Below, in pieces: positions 10,989 to 24,437 of a stretch of 64,000 nt of DNA. The stretch spans positions 186,001-250,000 of the forward strand of contig RHPI01003244.1 of NCBI GenBank assembly GCA_009103225.1, given 5' to 3'. Position 1 is the first letter of the stretch. Each line of letters opens with the position of its first letter. The translations under genes and the position numbers were made by a program. A model generated the notes under the pieces. That model had not been told where the DNA came from, ran no database searches, and worked only from the letters and a program-made list of their open reading frames with translations. The stretch comes from Chlorokybus atmophyticus. Taxonomy: Eukaryota > Plantae > Mesostigma and Chlorokybus algae.

Positions 10989-13900
10989 ATTAGTCAATCC
11001 AAAAGGTAACACTTTGTACTGATAATGGCCTGAGGGTGTTCTAAACGCTGTTTTGTAAACATCAGAAGGATGAATCCGGAAATGATGATACCCACTTGTC
11101 AAGTCCAGCGTATTAAAGTATTCATTTCTTAATAGTTTATTAAACACATCATCAATTCAGGGTAACGGGTATCGATTCTTACCGTAATCTTGTTTAGTGC
11201 ATGGTAATCCACACACATGCATAGCTTCCCATTCTTCATCATCATCACAAACAAGTTGGGCGCGCCAAAAGGTGAAGAAGTCCGTTCAATCAATCCCTTT
11301 TCCAATAATTCCTTAATTTGAATTTCCATCCCCCCCTCTCTCGGGGGCTCAGCCTATGTATAGGCCGAAACGGAGGCTCACTATCAGGAATGAGTGGAAT
11401 TGTGTGTCCGACACCTCGATCAAGAGGTAAGCCTAGCAAGCTCATGTGAGAACACATTTTGGTACTTCTTTATGAGGTCTGCAACACCTGCGGTTTTGCC
11501 CGGCACAAAGTCGTCCGACAACGTCAAGCGTACAACAAAACTAATGTGTTTTTGCGCAACGCACGCTGCACTTGCAGTGCAGTGAGTAGCACAAGGTCGC
11601 GCTGCTGGTGCTCCAAGCTATGCGACTCTTTTACAGACAATGTTACACGCTTACGACCCCTCTTTACTCTGCACAATCGTGCGCCAGTATCTAATGTCAT
11701 TTTTACATTTTCCTGCCATTCATGTCCAAATACCACATCAACACCGGATATGTTGATTGATACCACTATACAGGTTTGATTGGCATGATAACTACCAATC
11801 TTGACTTTGATTGAATTGGTTCTTTCACTTGCAACGCACCCCCAGCATCGGCGGATAAAAATGCCGAGGGTTTACACATTATTGTATTGCGCACAACCCA
11901 TTGTTCCTCAACAGAGTTGTATGTCGCACCAGTGTCAATCAAGAAGGAACTGTTTACACCTTGCATTGTGCCACTGAATGTCCACAACAGAGGTGTTACT
12001 CGTCCTTGAAACGTAGCCAAGAGTCCGTGACTAATGCGCGGGTTAATTAGAATTGCTGACAATCGCACTGTCCCTGTTTCATGCTTGCTGAATTGTTTTA
12101 GCACATTTCTCCCTCCAGTATGCTTTAACCATGGGCCATGATACTTTGGCACCATGACGACCACACTCAGGTTTTTGTGCTTGGTTTGCAACTCATTCAA
12201 TGCGTGCAACACATCCGTAAGCATGTTGAATTCCACATGTACCAGCACACAAGTGTTTTCTTCCACTTATTCAACGTTAAATAGTGGCAACTTGTCATGT
12301 GCATGCCATGCATGTGTCATTACATTACACTTGGAATAAATCATCAAACCAGTTTGCTGCCTGTATCTCAAGCAACTGGCTATCAACCCCATCTACATCG
12401 GTCACGTCGTAATCCTATTCAACCTTCTTGCCCTTGGCCGTGTTGGCGGGGCAGTTCTTCAATGTGGCCCGGCTGATGACAGACGTAACAAGTGCGAGCC
12501 GCAGCAGGTGTAGCACCATCAGCGGATGTGCCACCAGTATGAGTCGTGAATGTCTTCACCTTCTTTACCGTGCGCACTCGGATAAGGGTAACGCGTTCCT
12601 CCCACCCCCTGCGGCTTGGCCGCAGCTGCCACATGTGCCTTCTCCTGCACCGCTGTGTCATTGTACAGATACACGCTCAACTTTTGCAGGTTGGCCAAGT
12701 CCTCACGAACCCAAAGAAGTCCCGTTGCCGTGTTGTTTGCAGCTGATCACGCACACGCGTATTTAAGCCGCGCTTGTACAACTCAAACTGCTCAGCCTTG
12801 TTCATGGGCATGAGGCCACTGTTCACGCAACCCACCAATGCTTGCAACTCCTGCAAATAGATGAAGGCCGCCCGACTATTCTGTCGCAACCTGTTAAGCT
12901 TGTTGCGAGTCCGCGTAGCTGGATCCATGCCACCATAACGCTCCACAAGGAACTTAATAGCGCTTCCACTGTCTTGGCCGCACCATCCTCTGTCTGCCTC
13001 GCTCACTCGGCAAGAGCGTCAGATGGCACGAGCAACTCAGCAACAGCAATGTGCTCACCAACTGGGCGCTTCAGCGCTGTCAAGTAGTGCTCGACAGTGA
13101 CCACCTAGTCATGGATGCTGACACTGCCGTTGCCCAGTGGGCTTGAACTTTTCAGGCTTGTTCAGCGCGTGTAATCGGCAGCCCCGCTGATGCACCAGCT
13201 GCTGAAGTAGCACCCGCCACCTGTTGGCGCAGCGCCACCAACTCAGATTGCATATCATCGAGGCGTGCCATCAACTTCACTCGGCCTAACAACTTGTTTT
13301 CCAAGTCAGGTTCCAAGTATCAAAACACGTCCTTGCAACGCTGTGAGGTTTCTACGACAAAGTTGGTCAAAGTCTCAAACGCCATGCGCTTCCCTTTGTA
13401 TGGAAGTGGCTTACTATATATGGTCATGAGAGCAGCCATTCTCGGATCACCTCGCACGAGTGGCGAGATGTTGTTTGTCAACTCGTACTCAAGCATGCGG
13501 ATCACCATCTCTTGGCTTGCGCGAGGGAGTGTGGCAAAGTTCGTCTCCTACCCATCACAAACCTTCTGCGCCCATGCATCTCACGTTTCCTGACGAAGGT
13601 GAGGGTGGGCAGCAAGCAGAGCCTTACGCTCTGAGGCATACTTCTCGATGGCCCGCCAATGACACTCTAAGTGTCCACTGGTCCACCATGAGAAGAGTGA
13701 TTGAGAGAAGCATTGCTCTTCTGCGTGCCTTCTTCGTCCTTGTCACTGCCAGTAAGCTTATAGCTTTCACTCGTGTCCACGTCCTTCACTTCCTCATAAC
13801 TAGATGGCTCGAATAATGTTGACGTCTCAGCCATTGAAGGATACCCCACACGTTCCTCTCCTTAGTCAGACATCTGCACAAGGATAAGAGCCGTCTATAC

Positions 13901-14750
13901 TGGAAGTGTGCCAGTCCACACACACACAAGGTGTGCACTTCAAAAGTGTCATAATTTATTGATTTTGCCTCATCAAGTCTTAAGTGCTTAATGTGAAGTA
14001 TTCAGCCCAAACAAAAGCTTTCCACACACCTTTCAAGTAAACACTTGCATTAAAACAAATCGCACGAGGATCCACACGACGGTTCACAAGTTATACCCAC
14101 TCAAAGTTTTCACTTTGTACGACTCAACTCATAATTGCAATTGATACACAAGATGCCAAAATCTCATTGAATCAGCCCTACAGGCCGATATCGATAAGTT
14201 GTGAGTCGTGAGTTTGATATCGATCGCACATAAATGACTATGGCAGCCCCACCGCACTGACTGACGGCACGACAGCCGATATTGCCACCAGACTGCCTCA
14301 CAAGGGTTGATAACGTGAAATTAACAAGTTCAAACCCTTCACACCACCACAAATTTACGTGGTGGCAAGCTCACAAGCCCATACAAGTATTCATTGTTGT
14401 TATGATTCATCATATGAAATGCTGGGCATGCAATGCTTAGATGAGAGGCCTGAGTGGCCGCCTCCCCTAACAGCAAGCTAGGCTAGGCCATGGCAACTAC
14501 GCTAGGTTAGGCTAGGCTAAGCAAGCTAGTTAGCAAGCAAGCATGGCCAAGCTAAGCTACACTAGCAGCATCGTTTATTCATACACAACAACAACAACTA
14601 ACACCACTACCCACCGTAACTTGTGGGTAGCGGCTGCTTCTGTCGCCGCCGCTGCTACTGGCTGCCAGGCCGCCAACTGCTCAGTGCCGTTGCTGCTGCC
14701 TCCACGCCACCGCCGCCACCGTCCCTCCCACAGGTCCCCTCGGTGCCCTT

Positions 14751-14762
14751 GCTCCGATACCA
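14751..14762 (-). promoter_or_regulatory. Primer binding site, initiator tRNA-Met type (TGGTATCGGAGC)
   Basis: Begins 1 nt inside the 5' LTR end; differs from the canonical TGGTATCAGAGC at one position. Confidence 0.9.
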
Positions 14763-14763
14763 A

Positions 14764-15118
14764 TGTCAGGAGGGGGGTGCACCTCCTCCCTCAAATCCCC
14801 AACCCCAACCCCATCACCAGCCACGCCGACCACACCGCCGCCGCTGCCGGGGCAGCTGCCAGAGCCGAAGATCCTCTGCTTATGGCGTTTGCTGCTTTAG
14901 CAGCGCCGCCATGCGGCTGATATCGGCATGAGACTTGTGTCTCATGTCGATATCAATGTTACAGTTAAGTAACACTACATTATATATATAGGGCTTTATC
15001 ATTAGGTTAACGGCCCTAATATGGCTTACTTGGCTGTTTACTCGTGGGACCCTTGACCCTTGTTTAAATCTCAAATAAGGGCGGGGAACCTCTCCTCTGG
15101 AGGAAGCACTCCATTACA
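14764..15118 (-). repeat. 5' LTR of Gypsy element 1 (355 bp) with TATA-like (TA)n
   Basis: TGTCAGGAGG...CCATTACA; TATATATATA near 14981-14990, absent from the 3' LTR. Confidence 0.93.
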
Positions 15119-16437
15119 ATAGTTATCATATCTACACGGGCCACCCCTTGCTTTGAAGCAAATTTGCGCATCAAAAACTTGCGGCATGTGAAAACACTAT
15201 CAGGCTGCATAATGCTTGTCTACAACGGTTTATTCGACAGGGATGGCGGCGCCGCTTGGTGGCAGCAGTCAGCTGCTTTCGGCAAGGCTTATGCCATGCT
15301 AAAAGTAGTTGTCCGCTCGATTAACAAAAAGTCATGCTCGACCACGCAGCCATAAGTTAATTGTGATTTAGCAATAACTTGTTGCCGAATCTCTTGACAG
15401 TAAGTGTGGTGTCACTTTTATAACTCGCGTTACTCTTTCTTCATGACAAGTTCCACGATTGTTCGTATCTCATTTATGTGCGCATGCCTGAGAATCCAGC
15501 ATAGAGAGTCTTATCTCATCTGGTGTGTTAATAATAAAAGTTGTAAGCGCTATCTTGGCCTCCGCTTAGTTTGTCGCTTGCTTGAGCATGTTGCATGCCA
15601 CGCGTGTCATGTATTTGCACAAACCCTCTTGAAGACCGTAAGTGTGCTTTGCACAGCTCTAATGTAAGTTGCTTATATGTAAGATATGTAAAATGCCGGT
15701 ATGTGAGCAGCATTGAAGCAGGCTTAGCGATAATAGCCTATCAGCACTGCTAGTAGCACTGCTTCTTTAGCAGGAGGCCTAGCAGCTTGCAACTTGCTGC
15801 TAAGCCACGAACCCATGCGTTCTCATGTAACACACTTCATGCAATGCAAGGTCGCTTGCATCGCGACGTGGCAGGTGGCCGCGCTTCCAGCATCTGTGCT
15901 GGGCTTGCGCAGCACAAGTGGAGGGTAGCCCTCAAATAGAGTAGCACTGTGAAGTTCACTATTGACTCAACACTAGTATTGAGCAAATGATCACCATCTA
16001 GCAAGAAAGCTGACCCAGCACTAGCTGCCACAGTGGGCGGGGTCCCGCCGCGAGGACACTGTCCAGGGGAATCTACACCCTGATTCCGAGTGTAGAGCAG
16101 CGACAACAGAGACGAACAGCAGACAGCGCGTTTGGCATAGGGGCCTAGTTACAGTCATCATGGCGCCAGTACGATGCAGCACACCGTTGCAATGCATGGG
16201 GTTCGAGCATGCATCGTCAAGTTGTAGGCCCGAATGTGCCCTCGCCGCCGTCATGCCGTCGCTACGTCCACCGCCGCCTGCGGCACAAGAGGAAGATGCT
16301 CTCCCTTCGCTCTCTCGACCGAAAAACGGCATCTTCTTCGTCCAGCCTCTGATGCTCAATGCCACCAGTTTCAGCATGGCATGCTGCTGTAAGCAAGAAG
16401 AAGCTTCGGCAGCTTGGGGTGTGTACATTCCGCTGTC

Positions 16438-19400
16438 ATGGCGGCGAGGTGGGCGTCGTCGTCGCTGGCGGCGATCGCCGTCCTGTTGTGCTGCTTCGCC
16501 GCAGGTGCTCTGGCCCACAACCCTGGCACGCAGTTCCCGCTCCTCCCAGGCTGCGGCTACCGCAATGGAGCCTGCCTGCTGCCCCAAGACGGCAGCTCTT
16601 TCCTTGCCGGCCAACTGTTTGATGCTGAGATTGAGGTAAGCAAGCTAGCAGCCATGCATACAAGCATGCATAGATGCATGCATATGCATGGCTGCATGCA
16701 AATACAACAACAGAAGAAGCAGCGCTTAACGTAGCCTCCGTCAGGTGTTTGCTGATTCGCCGCCGGATGTCCGGGTGACCCTCACACCGCCCAACTCCAA
16801 CACCGCCAGGGATGCCGCCTCGGTGCTTGGCGTACCTCTTACAAGCCCAGGCGTGCCTCACTCTTACCTCTACTTCACTGACGTCAAGTCAGCGCTTGCC
16901 GGTCAATACAAGAACCAAACTGTAAGTCAATTCTAGCACTTACAGTTGCATGCAATCACGCAGCCCATGCATTGCTTTCGCGTTAGCATGAGCTGCTCGC
17001 ACATAGTTAGCCAATATGTGCTGGTTGCATGGACGCATATTCACCGCAACCCCTGCCCAGGTCTATCAATACTTCTACCGGAATGTTACACTCACCACGC
17101 CCGGCACGTATAGCGTCGGTGTGTCTGTCAATGGCAAGTTTATCTACCTGAGGTGGTTGGTGAGGCCTGCCGCTAGCCAGTCTGCCAAGAATGTCATCCT
17201 CTTCATTGGTGATGGCATGAACCATGGTATTGTCACCGCCACGCGGCTGGTGTCTCGAGGCCAGTACTTTGGCAAGTGGCGTGGGTATGTGGTTTGTCCA
17301 GTTGTTGCATGCATGTCACCTTTCATGCTTATTGATTTGCGCCGTGATGTTTTTCCTGCAGCCTGCTGAACATGGACCGGTTGGGTACCATTGGTCTTGT
17401 CTCCACTGCCGGCGTTGACTCAATCATCACTGACTCAGCCAACTCCGCAAGGTACACTGCGCTGTTGCCATGTGCTTAAGTGCGCAGTGTGTGATCAATG
17501 GCGAGCAATGCTGAAGCTGTGTGCCTTGCTGGCAGTGCATACAACTCTGGCTTCAAGACAAGTGTCAACTGCCTCAACGTGCAAGCTGATACGAGCCCAA
17601 GCACTTTTGATGATCCAAAGGTACACTGCGCGGTTGCAATGTGCTTGGGTGCGCAGTGTGTGATACATGGCGAGAAGTGCTAAAGCTATGTGATGTGCGT
17701 TCTGAAGGCTGAGACACTGCCGGAGCTGCTGCGCCGTCTCCGACCCAAGGCGGCAGTCGGTGTTGTTACCACGGCTGAGATTCAAGATGCTACTCCTGCT
17801 GCGCTTTACGGACAGTAAGTGCTGTGCGTTTGCTTTGGTGGAGTTGCTGTTGATGGTACTTTGTGGGGGAGCGGGTGTAGTTCAGAAGGTGCTGGGAGAG
17901 AGACACGCAGGGTTGATGGGCGAGGTGGGAGCAAACCGTTCCCATGTGGTCTAAACTTGTTGCCGGCAATAACATTTGTCTTGCTCGCAGCACTCGCCGC
18001 CGCGATGACAAGGCCCAGCTCACTGACCAGATGCTGTATGGCACGAAGAACTTCTCAGCTGATCCTTGGAGCGTTGTGTCGAATGGCAAGGGTGTTCAGC
18101 CCGAAGTCATCTTGGGTGGTGGAGGCAGGTATTTCAACCCTTCGTCCAGCATTGACAACAGTGACTATTACGCTCGCTATGCCAAGGAAGGCTACAACGT
18201 TGTCTATGACCGCGCCGGCATGGTGGCAAATGAGAAGGTCAAGAAGCTGCTCGGCATCTTCCACTGGGGTATGGTCTCAAGACTACTGCACTCCACTTGT
18301 GATTTGCAACATGCAGCATGAAACGGTGGTTCTGCAGGCAACATGGACGTCTGGTTGGATCGCCACATCTACACGCAGAACCTTATTGGAGCAAACTACC
18401 CCACTGATGCTGGACGTGCGGCCAACACCGCCCCTACCGATCAGCCTGACCTGGTTGAGATGACCAAGGCTGCACTCTCTGTGCTCGAGCAGTACGATGA
18501 AGGCTTCTACCTCATGGTCGAGGGTGCGTCCATTGACAAGCAGGCTCACCGCAATGACTGGGTATGGCCGTCTGGCTGTTGCTATGCCGGCAAGTTTACC
18601 AATGGTACGTCCTTGAACTTGTTAAAAGAGGTTCTCATACTCATGTCATGTGTGACAGGAGCGCATGTTCGGTGAGGCCATTGACTTTGACAATGCCATT
18701 GGCTACGCGAAGGACTGGGCACGCGGCCGCTCTGATACCCTCATCGTTGTCACAGCTGACCACGCGCATGGCTTCGATGTGTGTGCACAGCACACCTGTT
18801 CCGTAGGCTGTGGGGGCAGTATGTGCAGAGTACTGACTCGTAACTCGCCTCCAGGTTCATGGCTCTGTTGACACGGACTTCTTGAATGAGGTCTCTCAGG
18901 CGTTCCCAACTGCACCACGCACCACTGCCGGCATCCCTGATGTCGGTGATCTCACCAAGCGCCAAGCAATTGGCGAGTACCAACAGGTGTGTGCACTTTT
19001 GGCTCACACGAACAGCAGTTGCTGTGTGTGCCTCAAGCGCCCTGATAGACAAAACGCTGGTGCGCACTCGTTTGCAGGCTGGACGCGTGGGTTACTGGGA
19101 TGACAACGGTGACAACTTCCCAGATGATTGGTCACCCCGTTATACCCTTGCCGCCTCTTCCACCAACCACCCTGATCTTTACCAGAACTTCTCCATCCAT
19201 AACAGTACGTCTGTATTGCGCTGCCTCTTGCGGTCGCTCTCTGCAAGTAGTTCTCGCACATGTCCCTGAGTAACTTGGACTCTTGCTTTTACTGCTTGCA
19301 GCCCAGAGGAACCCTGCCATTGGAGGTGCTGCTGGTGTGGCATCCTGGAATCAGGTATAGTTGCATACAAAAATAATGCATTGAATCATTGTTCAACCAC

Positions 19401-19744
19401 TTGCTCAGATCGTCATGTGTTGCACTGCAGGCCAACCCTTCAGAGGATCCTAACGGCATCTATCGGAGTGGCAACCTCTCTCCTGTCCAGGCTCAGTCTG
19501 TACACACCATGTCGGATGTGCCGTTGTTCGCTTGGGGTAAACTTTGTGTGACGTGCTTGATGCATGTTGGTGTGCACAACCAACTAACTATCCGCTGCTG
19601 ACAGGTCCCAATGCCAACGCATTCGGCAGGGTGCAGAACAACATCAATGTCTTCTTTGGAATGGCTGATGCCCTCGGTCTCGGAACTGGCAAGGAGCCTA
19701 AGCGCCGCCGTCGCCCTTTGCTTGGTAAGCGTAGCTATTGCTGA
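16438..19744 (+). CDS. Secreted PhoA-family (Zn/Mg) alkaline phosphatase with N-terminal extension; multi-exon
   Basis: Signal peptide MAARWASSSLAAIAVLLCCFAAGALA. Motifs KNVILFIGDGM, catalytic ITDSANSA (Ser codon 17435-17437), VGVVTTAEIQDATPA, VILGGG, GFYLMVEGASIDKQAH, TLIVVTADHAHGF and SVHTMSDVPLFA; these match the E. coli PhoA ligand set (D51, S102, T155, E322, D327, H331, D369, H370, H412). The exact 3' end is uncertain. Confidence 0.92.
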
Positions 19745-21779
19745 TTGGGCTGCTTTCCGTGCACCAAGGTACAGTTATGTACTCATCTGGTTGTTGGGCA
19801 GGTTAAAGAACTAACTGCTCCTTTTGGAGCATCGGCATTTGAAAGCTCTGGTTAAGCAGATTGCGATTGTAGCCAAGGGCACGTTAGACAATTCCGTGCC
19901 AATCAATTCTTCTCAGTAACCTTTTTTCTCCATTCTAATTCCCGTTGACGGTGCAATGCGTAATGAGACGAGCGTTGCAGTTGTTTAGCTAGTGTTGTGA
20001 AGGCAACAGTGCAAAGCCGCCATCAAGGTGAGCTGGGACGCTGAATATAGGTGTGGTGTAGCACATAAGCGTTTGGTTGTGGCATGGGTTAAAGCTTGAT
20101 ACGGACGGTGCACTATGGGTAGTTGCTGGCATCAGCCTCTGGTTGTAAGTGTGTAACATTGCTGCTGGCTTTGTAACAGACTTGTTCGACATGCGTGCAC
20201 CAAAGGAACTAACATACGCTTGGGGTCAGGTTCAGCAGAACCAGCTGCTGGTAATTATCTCACGTGCAGTACACTCATCGCATGCATAGCGTGTGTCAAA
20301 CATGTTTGTAATCCGACGATAATACCTAAACCGCCACAGCCACAGTCGCCACCAACCATTGCCCTTGTCCTCAGAGCTAATCACTGCGTTGCATCACCCG
20401 GTTGCCTCAGCGCTGCGGCGGATGCTGCTAATGCTGCGCGCATTACAGTGCGTGTGGACATTTGGCACTCAAGCGCATGCACCAATGTAAATGACTAGTG
20501 TGACCATCTGTATAGGAGGGGTACAGGATACATGTGTTGTGTGTGCTTCACTGATTTGCCACTGATTTGTGACGATCTTGGCAGCATCAGAGACAGACAG
20601 ACACACAAGCCACTTCAAACCTCCCTTGAGAGCTGATGTGGTTTGATACATCTACAGTCGTGCCCATATGGTCACGTCAGTACACACACCAGGAGATGCA
20701 AATGCTGGCATAGTGATGGCGAAATGGCTAGTGAAGGCATGAACCATAACAGTGCTCATATAGTTTGCCCTATGTGCACACGAATGATCATATATAGTAC
20801 ACTAGTTGAATACAATGCCGTGAAAGTAAATAACATGCTACTGCACCAGTATACTATAATACTGTACACAGCCAGTTGTGTAGCAAGGTGTAGCATACAT
20901 CTGTATCAAAATCTACCTAATAGTATGTACCATACATGCTCTGCACTCCGTGCAATACATGGTAGCACAGGTGCAGGCGATAGGCCAGCACAAAACACAA
21001 AACGCTATCAACCCATCAGAGGGCTCAGCTAGGGGCCTGATGCATCTGAGTGCTAGTGGCGCTGCTGGTGGTCACCGTCATTCTAGAAGATGATGGCGGT
21101 GACCAGCAGCAGCGGCAGGATGCAGCTAACATTACAGCTTGTACCTGCAGCGCCTGTGTGTCAGCTTTCCCAGCGCAACTGCCACCCTCTGACAGGACCA
21201 CGACACAACTGTGCCCCCGCCCCACTTGTGAATCCTCGGCTTTGGTTGCCCTGCATTGCGTGGTTTTTCATGGCCACTGGGGTTAGCGTTTGACTGCTTA
21301 GTGAATGGACATTCATCACTCACAGGTTGTTCAGCGCACTCCCTGACAAGCCCTCTGTTAGTGTGTCATGCAGTGCATTTGCCGACCAGCATGCGCGCCG
21401 TCCTCACATGTCTGCACTCAGCTGCTCACCTGTTTGTTGGTGTTGTTGATGCCTGCAGCATGTTGGACCAAAACTACAACAATATATTTGACGCAATATA
21501 CAGGGATTCGCAGCTTGGGCAGACACTGGCACCTTATTTGCAAGGTTCAAGAGCAGGCTGGTATGGCCAAGCACACAACTCAGCAGCCACTTGCATGCTC
21601 TGTGACTTGCAGTGACTCCGCATATGCCTAGCCGGAGTTAATCCCTAACGATCAACCTTGATAAGCATCCTGTAGCTGGAGGCTCGCTCTGACCAGCTTG
21701 ATCTGTCACATACTTACAACTCCTTCCCTCCTTATTGAGAAAGCGGTTTTCTGCCCATGTTCCTGGACACACACAACAC

Positions 21780-23706
21780 TTACGTCATTGGCATCAAGCT
21801 CAAAATGGCTCGCTGTGCCACACAAAGAGAGCTCATTTTCCAAATGTCACTCAGTACGCGGCAAGTAGGCAACTGCTCCCATACCACATGGTTATGCTTG
21901 TGCAGCGTAGCGCAGCACTCCTCGGACCCAGGTGTTCTGGTCAGAAGCAACCTTGCGTGTGGAACGCTGTGCCACACTTCACCAAGTGCAGGCTTTGTTT
22001 CGCCGTCATCCAGTTCTATGGCGTTGTTTGTGACCTGCAACAGTAGGTCATCAACATGTCATGTGTAGAAGTCAGCCATGAGACTACTAACATACGCCAC
22101 CAGCAAGTGCTGCCGCAGCTCACCAGCACAGCAACTTGACATGATTCTGCTAGCTGCCTGAGTTCACGCCCAATGCTGGCAAACAAAGCAAGGCCTGCAT
22201 TCCAAGTCACCTCATCAGTCGCGTAGCTGTCAGTGCAATGCTCACAGTCGCCAATAAAACCACAGCAAACTGCCCATCACCTTGAACTCCAGCAGGGCCT
22301 GTCCGTACGATAGGGCTGAGGACCGCAGCAACAGAGTCGATGACAACAAGGCGCAGCATGCGAAAGAACTCCCACTGCGTAACAATATGCACCCAGAATT
22401 ACATTTTTATGCATGTAAGCGATCAGGATGAAATAGAAACCGACAGTACCTGGCTGTTTGGTGCGCAGTACTTGCGAAGCTGTTGCAGCAGCTCAAGCAA
22501 AGACCATGCGTCATAAGCTTGAAATCGTGCAATGCTCTTCAAAGTGCTGTTCAGGCTCTTGCCCGGAGACTCTGTACTCTCTTTCTACAGATTGCAATCA
22601 TCAGCAGGTGACGACCAACAGAACGGCATGCCGACAAGGCAAGAAACCTTTCCTGATACTGCACAAGCGCCAACCTTACGTCAGGAGCAGACGTATGCAG
22701 CTGCGCAATGCGTCGTGCAGAGAAGGCTCCACACGTGTCGACATACGCCACTGTGCACTCTTTCTGCCTGGCGACCTTTGCCACCGCAGCCAAACAGATC
22801 TGCCCAGCGCACACATCTCACACGGTGTCGTACAAAACCGTTGTGCGCAGCGAGTATAGTGGACTTTGAGTGCATAGCAGCCAACCCTGCAAGCATACCT
22901 GTGTTTTGCCGGCGGATGATACGCCCGCCAGCTCCGTAACTGTGCCGGCCCACAGGCCCCCTTGCAGCAAATTGTCTATGCTGTGTGTCGGCAGACAGGT
23001 TAGTAAGTGAGTGGTTGGAACCACAAGCTGTTCGCCCAGGCTTGTGCGAGCTTTGTGTGCATGCGCACCTGCTGCAGCCTGTGCTGTAAACTTTCGTTGC
23101 CTGCAGCGTCGCCAGCAACTGCAGCCCGTCACGGCCTCCCGCATCGCAGAGGCGGGCCAAGCTGCGCATCACGGCAGCAACCGCCTGCATTGTGCGGCGT
23201 TTCTCAGGAACGGTTCACAGGCCAGCGAGTATTGATACACAGCAGCATGTAAACATGCATGTGCCTCAACGCTTGTCAGCAGGAAGGCCATGCCATTGCC
23301 GACACTCACATTTCCAGGAACGCATGCATGTCATCATCACATTGCACCACACCAGGCCTCCGGCAGCAGGAATTGCCGTAGATTGGCACAAACTGAAAGC
23401 ATGGACAGCTCCATACGCTAAGCAAGCCTTGTTGAAACACACTCATGCCTAACTCCTCCTGACCTGGTGTTTCTGCGGGCCATCGGCAGTGTTGTCCCCA
23501 GGCACCCGCAGCGCCTCCAAGTCAGCGAGGAGAACGTCCTCGACTGCACCAGCAGCAGGTCAACCGCCAGGCAGTCGTTACAGCTACCTGCATGAACGGC
23601 AGCCAGCCGGTGTTATGACAAGCACGGTCTCACCAGAGGCCAGCCCGGCAGCTGCCAGCACCTCCGCCGTCTCGGGCAGAAGGTCGTTCAGTTCCGTCAG
23701 CTGCAT
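21780..23706 (-). CDS. RAD51D: RAD51 paralogue D (RecA-family recombination mediator)
   Basis: N-terminus MQLTELNDLLPETAEVLAAAGLASVEDVLLADLEAL; IDNLLQGGLWAGTVTELAGVSSAGKTQ (Walker A); AYVDTCGAFSARRIAQ; LVVIDSVAAVLSPI (Walker B); KPALGEVWHSVPHARLLL, a C-terminal signature typical of RAD51D. Confidence 0.88.
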
Positions 23707-24099
23707 GCCCTCGCCTCGCCTCGCTGAAGCTCTCACTGGACCCTACCCCATGAGCAGCACCAGCAGGACCGTCCTGCCGCCGCTCATGCCAAGGTCGCCA
23801 ACCACCTCCACCTCGCCGCCGCTGCAGCCAGTGTTCGATAATTTTTGCCCAATTGGGATGCTTGTTGCTGAGCAGAGCCAGCAGTGAGCTTGCGCGAAGC
23901 GGCACAAGAGAACGCACACTGTCTACTATGTCAACGCTCTTCTGATGACGTACTGTGCACTCATACGTAAGCAAGCACCTCGTGCGTGCAAGAGTTGTAT
24001 GGTATATAGGTATAGCAATCCAATGGCGGCAATGGCGTCGGTGCTCACTGAGCATTGCTAAGCAACACAAACCATTACCGCACAACCAACTCCACCACC

Positions 24100-24290
24100 G
24101 CCAGCATATTGGGATCGCTAACTTGCATAAATGCGAATGCCAATGCGTGCTCAGCACAGGTGTACCGAGTATGCAATGCAGGGTTGACCTGCAACGCAAG
24201 CCAAGGTTGCGGTGGCGCACCACATGTGTACATAAAACTGAAGGTGCTATTGTGTCAGTGCTTATGTATGGCGTGGTATGCAAGCTGCTC
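24100..24290 (+). mobile_element. Possible highly degenerate non-LTR (RTE-like) retrotransposon 3' RT fragment
   Basis: Frameshifted pieces ILGSL...IKLKV / AIVSVLMYG resemble the RTE consensus YLGS...TKLxVYxAIVxSVLLYG; weak. Confidence 0.3.
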
Positions 24291-24437
24291 ACGTAAACTT
24301 TTAGCCAACAGTGTCACCCAGCTTGCGTATACTCAATGCACCGCTGTGCAAGCGCTTGCAAATGCCTTGTAACAACATGTGCGCTTCACAAGCGTTTTAC
24401 ATTATTATTGCAATTCTAAACGAGGGTGGTGACGGAT

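Larger units (their letters stand above)
7544..15118 (-). mobile_element. Full-length but decayed Ty3/Gypsy chromovirus LTR retrotransposon (gag-extra domain-PR-RT-RH-IN-chromodomain)
   Basis: LTRs at 7544-7880 and 14764-15118, TG...CA termini. 5-bp TSD GTAGT (7539-7543) / ATAGT (15119-15123). PBS and PPT present. Minus-strand motifs: gag zinc knuckle TCYVCHQPGH (about 12470-12510), protease FLIDTGAT (about 11930), RT KTAFRTP...[13 protein letters not shown]...VYLDD, RNase H FTVVSDAS, integrase MSTAYHPQTDGQT, chromodomain YLVKWKGYGVEHNTWEP (about 8070-8125). Many stops and frameshifts. Confidence 0.95.

Noticed and set aside
19990-21620. Short ORFs and exon-like pieces (e.g. YQTTSALKGGLKW; MLDQNYNNIFDAIYRDSQLG)
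   Set aside because: Could not assemble a phase-consistent model or assign a family; a rhodanese-like resemblance is too short to support.
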